Positions 9,856-18,930 of a stretch of DNA of 64,000 nt are shown here, one piece after another. Under the pieces are notes generated by a model. The model searched no databases. It was not told the DNA's origin and saw only the letters and a list, made by a program, of their open reading frames with translations. The position numbers and the translations under genes are program-made. Within the stretch, counting starts at the first letter, position 1, and the number at the start of each line of letters is the position of its first letter. Source of the DNA: Candidatus Obscuribacterales bacterium (lineage in GTDB: Bacteria; Cyanobacteriota; Vampirovibrionia; Obscuribacterales; Obscuribacteraceae); contig CBDDIJ010000002.1 in NCBI GenBank assembly GCA_965228855.1, positions 2,144,001-2,208,000 of the forward strand, given 5' to 3'.

Positions 9856-10530
9856 ATGTCAAAAATTTTGTTCGTCGACGATGATGAAAACCTTCTAGCT
9901 ATGGTCGAGGCATTCTTCAAAACCGAAAAATACACGGTTGAGACCGCCAATTGCGTTGAGGATGCTGAAGATATCCTTGCTGTTTCGAAGTTCGATATCA
10001 TCGTTGTCGACTGGATGATGCCCGGAAAAAGCGGCTTGCAGCTTGTCCAGCAAATTCGCTCTCAGCGTGATCGAACACCGATAATTATGCTCACGGGCCA
10101 GGCTGCAATGGATGACAAGGAAGCCGGTCTTGATGGCGGTGCTGATGATTATCTGACTAAGCCATTTGCAATGCGCGAACTTGCCGTGCGTGTTCGTGCC
10201 CTGCTCAGGCGCGCAGCGCCCGAAGTCTCTCAGGTCTTGGTTGCCGGACAGATTAATCTCGATACCAAGACAAGGACCTGCACCGTAAATGGTGCGACCA
10301 TATCTTTACTGCCAAAGGAATATTCGCTTCTTGAGTTTCTTCTGAGACATCCGAACGAGACTTTTTCCAACGACGCGCTAATAGAGCGCGTCTGGAAGTC
10401 GGACACAGAGGCCACTGAAGCGGCGATTCGAACCTGCGTGATGCGGCTCCGGAAAAAACTGGCCGAGGCTGGCGATGCAGAGAACAGAATTCAAACCGTT
10501 GCGCGAGTCGGCTATCGACTGGAGCCCTGA
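9856..10530 (+). CDS. OmpR/PhoB-family response regulator
   Basis: VDDD, DWMMP, GADDYLTKPF; winged helix (LLPKEYSLL, RLRKKL, TVARVGYRL). Confidence 0.95.
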   Translation: MSKILFVDDDENLLAMVEAFFKTEKYTVETANCVEDAEDILAVSKFDIIVVDWMMPGKSGLQLVQQIRSQRDRTPIIMLTGQAAMDDKEAGLDGGADDYLTKPFAMRELAVRVRALLRRAAPEVSQVLVAGQINLDTKTRTCTVNGATISLLPKEYSLLEFLLRHPNETFSNDALIERVWKSDTEATEAAIRTCVMRLRKKLAEAGDAENRIQTVARVGYRLEP

Positions 10531-10567
10531 GAAGTGCGAGCACTCGAAGGCGACCACGCCAAAAAGT

Positions 10568-10593
10568 AAAAGAAGCGCCGAAGCGCTTCTTTT
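10568..10593. terminator. Bidirectional intrinsic terminator
   Basis: aaaagaagcgc-cgaa-gcgcttctttt between convergent ORFs. Confidence 0.7.
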
Positions 10594-10620
10594 CAGGAGG
10601 AATTAGGCCTCGTAAATGAG

Positions 10621-10824
10621 TTAGCTTCTCATTACTCGAGCCAAGTCTTCATACATTCCCGCTACTTGCGTAGTAATCTGCGAAGTGTGCGGATTCTCTT
10701 CAGAGTACTTCGTGAACTCGGCTGCTTTGAGTTCGAAGATGTTAACTAGGCGCTTTTGTAGCGCTTCGATGTGTTCGTTGCTGTTCAAGTAGACCGTCTT
10801 TTCTAGATGTGCGAGGGAAAGCAC
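10621..10824 (-). CDS. Possible small helical hypothetical protein
   Basis: Short ORF ending just before the terminator; start uncertain. Confidence 0.35.
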   Translation of the reverse strand: MLSLAHLEKTVYLNSNEHIEALQKRLVNIFELKAAEFTKYSEENPHTSQITTQVAGMYEDLARVMRS

Positions 10825-11367
10825 GGGCTGGAGCCCGCATGAAGTAATAAAGAACTATCGAGAAGCTGAATTAATTCTGTCTCAAAAGGATGTCAAGCTC
10901 AATAGGCCAGAGCAAAAAAATTTGAGTTTTCGACAACTTTTAAGGTAAGCAAGCCAAGGCTTTCCGACGACTTTCGAAAAGCGGTATCCAATTGGATATC
11001 ACTTTAGTGCTGAAAAACGATCGCTATGGATCGTTTTGGATAATTCACTGAAAAATTTCACGCTTGAGAGAGCACGATTTTTGAAACAGTCAAGATAAAC
11101 CTTGCGCCACGATTGCGGAAACCTGGCTGGAATGCAACTTTTAACGGTTCTGGTCAAAAACGAAATCGCACTCAATGTAATTTGCCGAGAGATTCGAAAC
11201 GGAAAAGATTGGAACCATATCTGGTGCCGTTTGCTTTTCACTGGTGCCGTCGCATCCGAAAACCCTTGGGGCACAATACAAAAGAGGTTCCCGCTAACGA
11301 GAACCTCTTCTAATTCATACTAGCCGACGCGCAGAGAATTCTAGAATTCAGTCAACGCGAAGCGTTC

Positions 11368-11718
11368 TTACTTGCGCTTTTTAGCAGCTTTCTTCTTTGT
11401 GGCTTTGTTAGCGCCAGGAGCTTGCCATGTCTTCGGACGTGATTTTCCGTTGACGATGTCTTTAAGCTCTTGTCCAGCTCTGAACGCAGGCACTTTGCTC
11501 GCCGGAATTTTCAGCGGAGCGAGGGTGCGCGGATTGCGGCCAGTTCTGGCTTGGCGTGTGCGGCGCTCGAAAGTACCGAAGCCAACGAGGGTTACCTTAT
11601 CTCCTTTTTGTACTGCACCAGTTACGGTGTGAAGGAGAGCGCTAAGAGTAGCGCTTACTTGGGTCTTTGGTTGACCCGTCATTTCTGCGATCTCGCTGAT
11701 CAGCTCAGCACGGTTCAT
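11368..11718 (-). CDS. hup: HU family DNA-binding protein with Lys-rich C-terminal tail
   Basis: MNRAELI...VTLVGFGTF...ARTGRNPRT...VPAFRAG; RBS GGAGG. Confidence 0.93.
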   Translation of the reverse strand: MNRAELISEIAEMTGQPKTQVSATLSALLHTVTGAVQKGDKVTLVGFGTFERRTRQARTGRNPRTLAPLKIPASKVPAFRAGQELKDIVNGKSRPKTWQAPGANKATKKKAAKKRK

Positions 11719-11937
11719 ACTGTTTCCTCCAATATAAAATCCACAGAGTGGGTTTCCAGCGATGAATGCTACCACCACTAGTTGGAGGAAGCAATACTGT
11801 TGATGCGGATTCCGTGAAAATTTAGTTTCTCAGATATACGGAAAGCCACGATCATATAGGGGTTTCGATAATCGTTTGGTTGTCAGGTTATGCGCTGACC
11901 TCAGTTGTCGCGCTAAAATTGAGAAAACGGAAAAACT

Positions 11938-13620
11938 ATGGAACGACTTTCCTGCTCGCATCAACCCACTTTTCGCCAACTCCTTACAACCGAGGCGATG
12001 GCAGAAGCGCACCTTGTGTGGGGTGATGATTTTGTTGATCGACCAGTTCTTCAGGTAGTCACACAGCTAGATCCCCCGCCTTCTCCGGGCAGTCTGGTTC
12101 TAACTACCCACGCCAATCTCGCTGCTCTGAGCGGTCCTCCTGTCGTGAAGGGATTCACCGGAGTTGTACTAATCACGGCTGTCGACGTCGAAAAAGATAA
12201 ACCGACCTCTGGTACTGGAAGTAGTGCCGAGCGCAATAATCTGGAATCGAGTGTCGCCGCGAAGCCCTTTGTTGCATCACATTTAGAAGATCCCGATGTT
12301 GAAAAACTTCTGTCGGTTTGTCGTGAGAGTGATGTGCCGCTTTTTGTGTTGCGCGGATTCGGCGACCACATGCAGATTATCGAAGATATCCGACTTGCGT
12401 TTATAAAGGAAACAAAAACGGCAAGTGCAAGAATGCAATCGATTCTGCTCAGCGTCGTTCTGGAAGAGGGTCTTGACGGTCTGATCGATCAGTTATCTAT
12501 ATGGTTGGATCGACCGGTTGCGATCGAAACTGCAGATTTCAAACTTCTCGCTGCCAGAGGAATGGGCTCCACACCTGTCAGGCAGCAAAAACAAGTCACT
12601 GACGAAGCGCTGGATACCTTAAATAGTTTGCGCGAACAGACGGAACACCAAACCGTATTCGATTCGTTTTTATATCCGCTGAAACTCGGTCGCCGTGTCA
12701 GTCTTCCTTTATTATATGCCGGTAGTACTATCGCCGGATATATCTCGGTCATGGTCAAACCGAGTGACAACGAGGAATGGTTGGTTTGGTATCTGCAACC
12801 TGCGGCTCTTGCGGCCATGGTCGATATCATTCACCGGCTGAAGGGAGACTTTGGTCTTTCGGTTGTCCAGAAAAACCTTTTGAAAGATTTGATCTCGGGA
12901 AGGCGGCTTTCCGCCACGGACGTTGAGCGTCTGGAAACACATTTTGGTTTTGATCTGGCTGATGGATTTTTTGTTTTCGTCACGCAGGTCATTCTGGACG
13001 ATGAAGACGAATCGCTCGAGCCGCGCTTTCCGGAGGAGCCTTTTATCGGCGTAGAAGTTGAGGAGACTCGTGTATACATCGTCCGATATAGGGATGATGA
13101 TCCAGCCACATGGCAAGAAGAAGCTGCTGAATTGATTACGAAGATCAAAGAAATCAATGGTCCCTGTCGAGTTCAACTTGGCTCCGCCAGGCGCGTTTCA
13201 TCGCTTATGGAATTACGCGAAGCCTATCGAGAGGCGCGTCAATCGCTAATCGTCGGATCGATGATGCACGGCGAAGGTGAGTTTCAAATTCATTATGGCG
13301 AGCTAGGGCTGAAGCGTCTTTTGTATCTCGTCATAGATCACCCGGAAGCCGATCGTTTCTACAAAGAGACGCTAGCGCTTTTGGAAGCGTACGACGAAGA
13401 ATGGGAGTCTGAACTCGTCGATACTCTCAAGGTTTACCTAGCTGAGGGCGCCAACTTGAACTCAGCGGCACGCGCGCTGTTTATTCACCGGCATACACTT
13501 CGATACCGTTTGGAGCAAATAGCGGATATTTTGAAGGTGGATATAGATTCGCAAGAGGTCTTGTTAAACCTCAATATCGCATTTTTGATTCGCGAGATGA
13601 AGGGACAACCGGAGAAGTAG
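11938..13620 (+). CDS. PucR/CdaR family transcriptional regulator
   Basis: C-terminal LVDTLKVYL..GANLNSAARALFIHRHTLRYRLEQI (HTH_30-like). Confidence 0.85.
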   Translation: MERLSCSHQPTFRQLLTTEAMAEAHLVWGDDFVDRPVLQVVTQLDPPPSPGSLVLTTHANLAALSGPPVVKGFTGVVLITAVDVEKDKPTSGTGSSAERNNLESSVAAKPFVASHLEDPDVEKLLSVCRESDVPLFVLRGFGDHMQIIEDIRLAFIKETKTASARMQSILLSVVLEEGLDGLIDQLSIWLDRPVAIETADFKLLAARGMGSTPVRQQKQVTDEALDTLNSLREQTEHQTVFDSFLYPLKLGRRVSLPLLYAGSTIAGYISVMVKPSDNEEWLVWYLQPAALAAMVDIIHRLKGDFGLSVVQKNLLKDLISGRRLSATDVERLETHFGFDLADGFFVFVTQVILDDEDESLEPRFPEEPFIGVEVEETRVYIVRYRDDDPATWQEEAAELITKIKEINGPCRVQLGSARRVSSLMELREAYREARQSLIVGSMMHGEGEFQIHYGELGLKRLLYLVIDHPEADRFYKETLALLEAYDEEWESELVDTLKVYLAEGANLNSAARALFIHRHTLRYRLEQIADILKVDIDSQEVLLNLNIAFLIREMKGQPEK

Positions 13621-13642
13621 TGATACCGAAAACGGTGCTCAC

Positions 13643-14335
13643 TCAAGAATATGCAACCACGAATCGGGTGCCTGTATCCATCTCATCCATTACTTCGACC
13701 TTGTAGCCGCCCAAGATCCGGTTTAACTCCGAATTCTTGTAATAGCGCAGCATCATGCCTTTGCGATGTTTGTCCGTATAGACGTGAGTTTTATCAGCCA
13801 GCTCGAAATATTCACCTGGACCACCGCCTACTTTATCGAAGCATCCGATAAAAACTCCTCCTGGAATGAGGATGTGCTTGAGCCGCTTCAGCGTGATTTC
13901 AGCAACGTCCATGGGGAAGTGCTCGAAAATCGAGTTTGCGACCACTGCATCGAAGGCGCCATCGGGGTATGGCATATCGGCAATATCGCCGACATCGAAG
14001 TGGATATCGAGATCTTCTCTGCCCGCCCATTCACGTGCGAGCTTGATTGCATGGACTGAGATATCCAGACCGGTAACCTGGAAGCCCTGTCTGGCCAGAT
14101 ATACTGAAAGCCAACCTGTGCCGCAGCCAAGGTCTAGAATGTTTTTGGCCGACCGTTTTTTCAAGGTTTCCGGAATACTCGGCAGGTATGACAGGTCGGG
14201 AAGCTGCGTGTAAGCCGACTTCACAGGAGCCCAGGCACGTTCCCAGAAATCGAGATTTTCTCTGTATACGTCGGAATTTAGGAGCTCTTCAAGGCGCTCC
14301 ATCGCTGCCGGACTTAGTAGATCCTCATGTGACAT
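13643..14335 (-). CDS. Class I SAM-dependent methyltransferase
   Basis: ILDLGCGTG, GLDIS, FDAVV, LIPGG; start uncertain. Confidence 0.88.
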   Translation of the reverse strand: MSHEDLLSPAAMERLEELLNSDVYRENLDFWERAWAPVKSAYTQLPDLSYLPSIPETLKKRSAKNILDLGCGTGWLSVYLARQGFQVTGLDISVHAIKLAREWAGREDLDIHFDVGDIADMPYPDGAFDAVVANSIFEHFPMDVAEITLKRLKHILIPGGVFIGCFDKVGGGPGEYFELADKTHVYTDKHRKGMMLRYYKNSELNRILGGYKVEVMDEMDTGTRFVVAYS

Positions 14336-14681
14336 TGGTTTTCTCTGGGTCGCTGTGCGTTGTTTGATGTTTGCTTGAACCGAATTGGTTGCCAGGGCTG
14401 CTATTTGAGTTTCCAATGGTAGCACGGGATAAATATCAGTCTAGATGCGGCGCGGCGCACAATGCCTCGGTAGACAAGTGGCGAGAGCTCCAGTTTTACG
14501 CCCAATTTCCGTAATGCCCTGACTGTGCGGCTTTCGAGGGTGTGTTCGAATCTGCGTCCGCAAGAGTCACTCTTGACTTCGGGTAACACATTGTATACAT
14601 CAGGTTAGATCTTTAGGTCGGGTGGTATCTACTCTTTAAGGCGGGAATCACTATCTCAGACAGGGGACCAGGTTTAGGCTG

Positions 14682-17600
14682 ATGGCGGAGCCGAGCCGCA
14701 TACAACTCCAGATGATGCTGGTGCAGCAGGCGGGTCCTGGTGCACTCCCTCTAAGCATCCTTCCACCGGCGAGCTTCTTGCCCTTTTTGCGGCAAGTGGA
14801 ACTGTTGACCGTGGAAGAACGGCTTCGTCCGGTGCTTGTCTACTGGTCGAGGCAGAGTGCCGCACGTCTGCTCCCAGCCGGGTCGCGCTTCCGCGAACTC
14901 ATGCGTGACGCCTGTGTTTCAATCTTCTCTGAAGACCGGCTAGATCCGCCTGACGAATGGTGTTTTCTCATCGAAAGTCATGGTCTCTGTCTGGTCGTTT
15001 ACGGGCAGCAAGCCCTGGAATCACCAGATGGAGAAAAATATCAGTGCACGGGGTCGATGGAGCCTGCGCTGGTTAAGCAAGCATTTGACCGCCTTCTGCC
15101 CAAGTGGCAACAGCTTGATTTGAGCGAGAGCAACCGCCTTGAAGATGCTCGCGCGAATCTCGGACCATCAGGCAGTGCGCCTCCATACATGCAGCGAATG
15201 CGTAGCGCGTGGCCTATCGTCAAAGCGCCGATTCAACAAGGGCTTATCCTTGATCCCTTGCACGGAGTCGGCGGTGGCGAGCCATTCGCGTCAGGACCGG
15301 CTATACCTGATACATCGATTGGAAAAATTCAACCGATTGCATTCGAGGGTGGTGGCGGCGGCAATACCAATCCCGGGCAAAACATCATTTTGCCGGTTTC
15401 ACCGATAATCTCGTCTTCGTCAGTAATTGCTCCATCACAGCCGTCATTAGGAACGCCTGTTATGGATGCTCGAACTGCTGCTACTGAAGCGAAGGGGGGA
15501 TCGGGTGCACCGCCTGTGCCACCACCGACCGTTGCTCTCGAGCTGGGTGATGATGGTTCGCCGGCCCAAATTCCAATGTTGCTGGATGAAAACGACGGCG
15601 CCGGCGAGGAAGTTTTAGGCTTGATGCCGCCTGCTGCTCAGTCAATCATTTCAGAAATCATCGGACGCTTGAGACACCAGAGCGATTTAAGTTCGATTCT
15701 GCAATTCGCGATTGAAATGTTGGCGCTAAACACCCACGCTGACCGAGGTCTGATCTGGCGAATCGAAGGCGATCATCTCAAAGTTACCAACGAGTTCTCC
15801 CTGAGCGGTCACAATTGTTTCCTTCAAAACCAGCTTACATCACATGAATCGATGGCAGTGGTATTCGAGTTCCTATCCCGCTTCCCAGATGAAACAGGGG
15901 TTGGCGTCATCAGTATCCCTAACACCTCCCGTGATACCAACCTCCATAAAGTTTCTCCGACGCTATCCTCGCTTATTGAACTCGGTGGTGTAAAAGCGCG
16001 CCTTATGGCACAGTTGCGCTCGCGTGGAACATTCTTCGGTTTCCTGGAACTGCAGCAGTGCAGCGGGCCTCGCGAATGGAATCCGATTGACGCCGTCGTT
16101 CTACAGAAAGTCGCTGAAGTTTTAGCCGTTGTTGTCCAACAAACTGCCGACCAATCGAAGATCGAGATGGACGCGCAGGAAATGAAGCTGATCAACGAGA
16201 TCGCAAGCCTCTTCCGCGAGTCACGCGGTATGTCGACGAAAGATTCTCTCGTGAAGTCGGTTATGTTGGTGGCGAAACACATGGGTTTCATCCACTCCGA
16301 AATCTATTTGTATAACAAAGAAGAGAGTGTTCTGGAGCCGCAAACGCGCGACTCACAAGTTGATTCAGTAGACATCAGCGATAAGGACAATCCGTTCGTT
16401 GAAGTTTTTAATTCCGGTCGCGGAAAGATGATCAACATCGAGTACACGCGAAAAGCAGATCCGTTTTTCAAGCACGATATGGCGCTCGTGCTTCCGCTTA
16501 CATCGGAAGGTTCACGGCTGGGTGTAATCGGCTTGTGGCAACGCTCTCAGGACCGACCGGAATTCCGACCGCAGGATAGAGAACTCGGTTTGACTATTGC
16601 CGGTCACTTGTCCAACGTTATCCGAGCCGACCAGGCGATTTTGCAGATCCGTTCGGATCAGGCTAGAGCCGCACTGATTAACAGGGTTTCCAGCGAAATC
16701 AGGAATGCGTTGAAACGTGCCGACCAGATCATGGACACGTTAGTCGAAGCTTTGCATGAGTTCTTCGACCTCGAACTCTGTGTCGCCGCTCTCTATGATG
16801 TTAACGATGAAACGTTCGGCGCCTCGAAAGTGGCTGGTGAAGAAAGTCTGACTCATGACCATGGAAATAATAATGGTTCTGTTTCACCTCTTGAGAGTCG
16901 GGATGCTAAACCGAAAAATCTGGGTGAACATCTTTTCACCGCCTATAAAGATCGCTTGAAGGAAGGAGAAGCGATCTTCCTGTCTAGCGATGAAATCATC
17001 GAGCAATTAGATGGAGAATTTCCGGAATTTCATGGTGGTACGGCAACGATGGTGCCGCTGTTCTACGCCGGTAACTTCAAGGCGGCACTATGCATGGTAT
17101 CAAAGGAGCAACAGACGCGTCAGCTTCCTGAGAAGGACATGCATATGGTGCTGGACCTTGCGGATAGAGTCGCAGTTGTGATTTCGCACGCGGAGCTGTT
17201 TGCGAAGGTCGAACTCGAATCTATCACAGATCCGATGACCGGGCTGTTTAACAGAAGGCACTTCGAAGGGCAGCTGAGTAAGGAAATTGACCGTTATCAG
17301 CGGTTCGGCCATCCATTCTCGTTTATCATCATCGACCTTGACTATTTGAAAAAGATCAACGACACCCTCGGTCACGACTATGGGGACGCGGCCATCAAAC
17401 ATATCGGAAATGTGCTCAAGAAGAGCGTTCGCGATGTGGATACCGTTGCTAGATTTGGTGGAGAAGAGTTCGTTGTGCTCCTGCCGGAGACCGATTTAAA
17501 ATGGGCTCGCATGGTCGCGGAGCGTATCTGTACGTCCATACGGGAGAAGTCTGTCGAAGGCATTGGAACCGTCACCGCTTCGGTAGGTGTCGCCGTGTTC

Positions 17601-18458
17601 CCTCGCGATGCGGACGATAAAGAGAAGCTGTTCGAACTTGCCGACAAGGCTTTGTTCCTCGCCAAACACCGCGGACGAAATCAGGTGTGTACGGTTGCTG
17701 AGGACCTGATGCCGAGCGGTAGCGAAGTAGCCATATCCGAGGATATGAAACGAAAAGTGGATGCCGATCGCTACGAGGCTATCGCAGAAGCCGAGGCTGG
17801 GGTGGCAACGGCAAAGGCAAAGGCGGAGGTCAAGCTCAAGCTCGATACCATTCCGGCATTCGATCTTGAGATGGTCGCCGACAAAGGCATTCTTGGAATT
17901 CTTGCCCAGATTATCAAAACGCTCGAAGAGAAGGATTCATACGGTCCGGACCGTTCTCCTCGCGTTTACAGCTATGCAAGCAAGATGGCTACATCGTTGC
18001 ACTTGTCTAAGGAGCACGCTGAAATTGTTTCACTAGCGGCGGTGCTCAGCAATTTAGGTAAGATTTCCATTCCCGAAGACATCCTCAAGAAGCCAGGCCC
18101 GTTGTCTGATTCTGAACTTGATGTTATCCATCAAACACCGACCGTCGGCGCAAAACTGCTCGAGCCGGCCAAACTTCTCTATCGCGTGTCTCAAATCATC
18201 GAGGCTTGTCACGAACACTGGGATGGACAGGGCTATCCCAACGGTTTGCGCGGACACGATATTCCAGTCGAAGCGCAGATCGTTTCACTCGTGGACTCGT
18301 ATGTTGCCATGACCAGCGACCGTCCATATCGCGGAGCCTTGTCCCACGATGAAACGGTTCGACAGATTCAAGCTGATTCCGGCAAGCGATGGGACGCCCG
18401 CCTGGTCAAAATCTTCTTGTCGATTTTACAGAAAGAGCAGAAGCAGACCGCTTCTTAG
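14682..18458 (+). CDS. Diguanylate cyclase with DICT-like/GAF sensory domains and degenerate HD-GYP domain
   Basis: DPMTGLFNRR, DLDYLKKINDTLGH..GD, RDVD I-site, GGEEF; HEHWDGQGYP; several GAF repeats. Confidence 0.88.
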   Translation: MAEPSRIQLQMMLVQQAGPGALPLSILPPASFLPFLRQVELLTVEERLRPVLVYWSRQSAARLLPAGSRFRELMRDACVSIFSEDRLDPPDEWCFLIESHGLCLVVYGQQALESPDGEKYQCTGSMEPALVKQAFDRLLPKWQQLDLSESNRLEDARANLGPSGSAPPYMQRMRSAWPIVKAPIQQGLILDPLHGVGGGEPFASGPAIPDTSIGKIQPIAFEGGGGGNTNPGQNIILPVSPIISSSSVIAPSQPSLGTPVMDARTAATEAKGGSGAPPVPPPTVALELGDDGSPAQIPMLLDENDGAGEEVLGLMPPAAQSIISEIIGRLRHQSDLSSILQFAIEMLALNTHADRGLIWRIEGDHLKVTNEFSLSGHNCFLQNQLTSHESMAVVFEFLSRFPDETGVGVISIPNTSRDTNLHKVSPTLSSLIELGGVKARLMAQLRSRGTFFGFLELQQCSGPREWNPIDAVVLQKVAEVLAVVVQQTADQSKIEMDAQEMKLINEIASLFRESRGMSTKDSLVKSVMLVAKHMGFIHSEIYLYNKEESVLEPQTRDSQVDSVDISDKDNPFVEVFNSGRGKMINIEYTRKADPFFKHDMALVLPLTSEGSRLGVIGLWQRSQDRPEFRPQDRELGLTIAGHLSNVIRADQAILQIRSDQARAALINRVSSEIRNALKRADQIMDTLVEALHEFFDLELCVAALYDVNDETFGASKVAGEESLTHDHGNNNGSVSPLESRDAKPKNLGEHLFTAYKDRLKEGEAIFLSSDEIIEQLDGEFPEFHGGTATMVPLFYAGNFKAALCMVSKEQQTRQLPEKDMHMVLDLADRVAVVISHAELFAKVELESITDPMTGLFNRRHFEGQLSKEIDRYQRFGHPFSFIIIDLDYLKKINDTLGHDYGDAAIKHIGNVLKKSVRDVDTVARFGGEEFVVLLPETDLKWARMVAERICTSIREKSVEGIGTVTASVGVAVFPRDADDKEKLFELADKALFLAKHRGRNQVCTVAEDLMPSGSEVAISEDMKRKVDADRYEAIAEAEAGVATAKAKAEVKLKLDTIPAFDLEMVADKGILGILAQIIKTLEEKDSYGPDRSPRVYSYASKMATSLHLSKEHAEIVSLAAVLSNLGKISIPEDILKKPGPLSDSELDVIHQTPTVGAKLLEPAKLLYRVSQIIEACHEHWDGQGYPNGLRGHDIPVEAQIVSLVDSYVAMTSDRPYRGALSHDETVRQIQADSGKRWDARLVKIFLSILQKEQKQTAS

Positions 18459-18799
18459 TCGGGCTGCAGCTCAACGCGGTTTGAGCACCAGACTATGGGA
18501 TTCAGTTTCTTAGCCTTCTCGTCCGCGTTCGCTGCGTTGATGCCTGTGAACGTGATTAATCCGATGCGACCAGTTTTGTCCCGTCCCACAGAAATTTCCG
18601 GCAGTGCCGACGCCGCGTTCCATCTGCCGTTGTCGCGCTCCATCTGCTGCGCGACCTGTTCTAGGAGGTCCGGCTTTTGTGAATCCATTTGCCATAAGGT
18701 TTCCAGAAAGGAGGTCAGACTCTCCTTCCCGTCAAGAACCTCAAAAGCCCTTCGCCTGATTTGCAGAGCGAGCTGTTCGACGTCTTCAATCAAAACCAC
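18455..18799 (-). CDS. Hypothetical protein (114 aa)
   Basis: GAGGA RBS before GTG start; contains LPEISV motif. Confidence 0.55.
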   Translation of the reverse strand: MVLIEDVEQLALQIRRRAFEVLDGKESLTSFLETLWQMDSQKPDLLEQVAQQMERDNGRWNAASALPEISVGRDKTGRIGLITFTGINAANADEKAKKLNPIVWCSNRVELQPD

Positions 18800-18930
18800 G
18801 TCCTCGGATTTAGAGCTTGATTCTAGCCTGCCGGGTAAACAGTATCAATTGATTGCAAATTAGCGTTAAATGGTTCAGGGCATTACGATTGTTATTGGGA
18901 AACCGCCGGGCGCAAGCGTACAGTATAGAA

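Noticed and set aside
10830..11360. Possible ncRNA or small ORFs downstream of hup
   Set aside because: No recognisable RNA motif, and the short ORFs lack support
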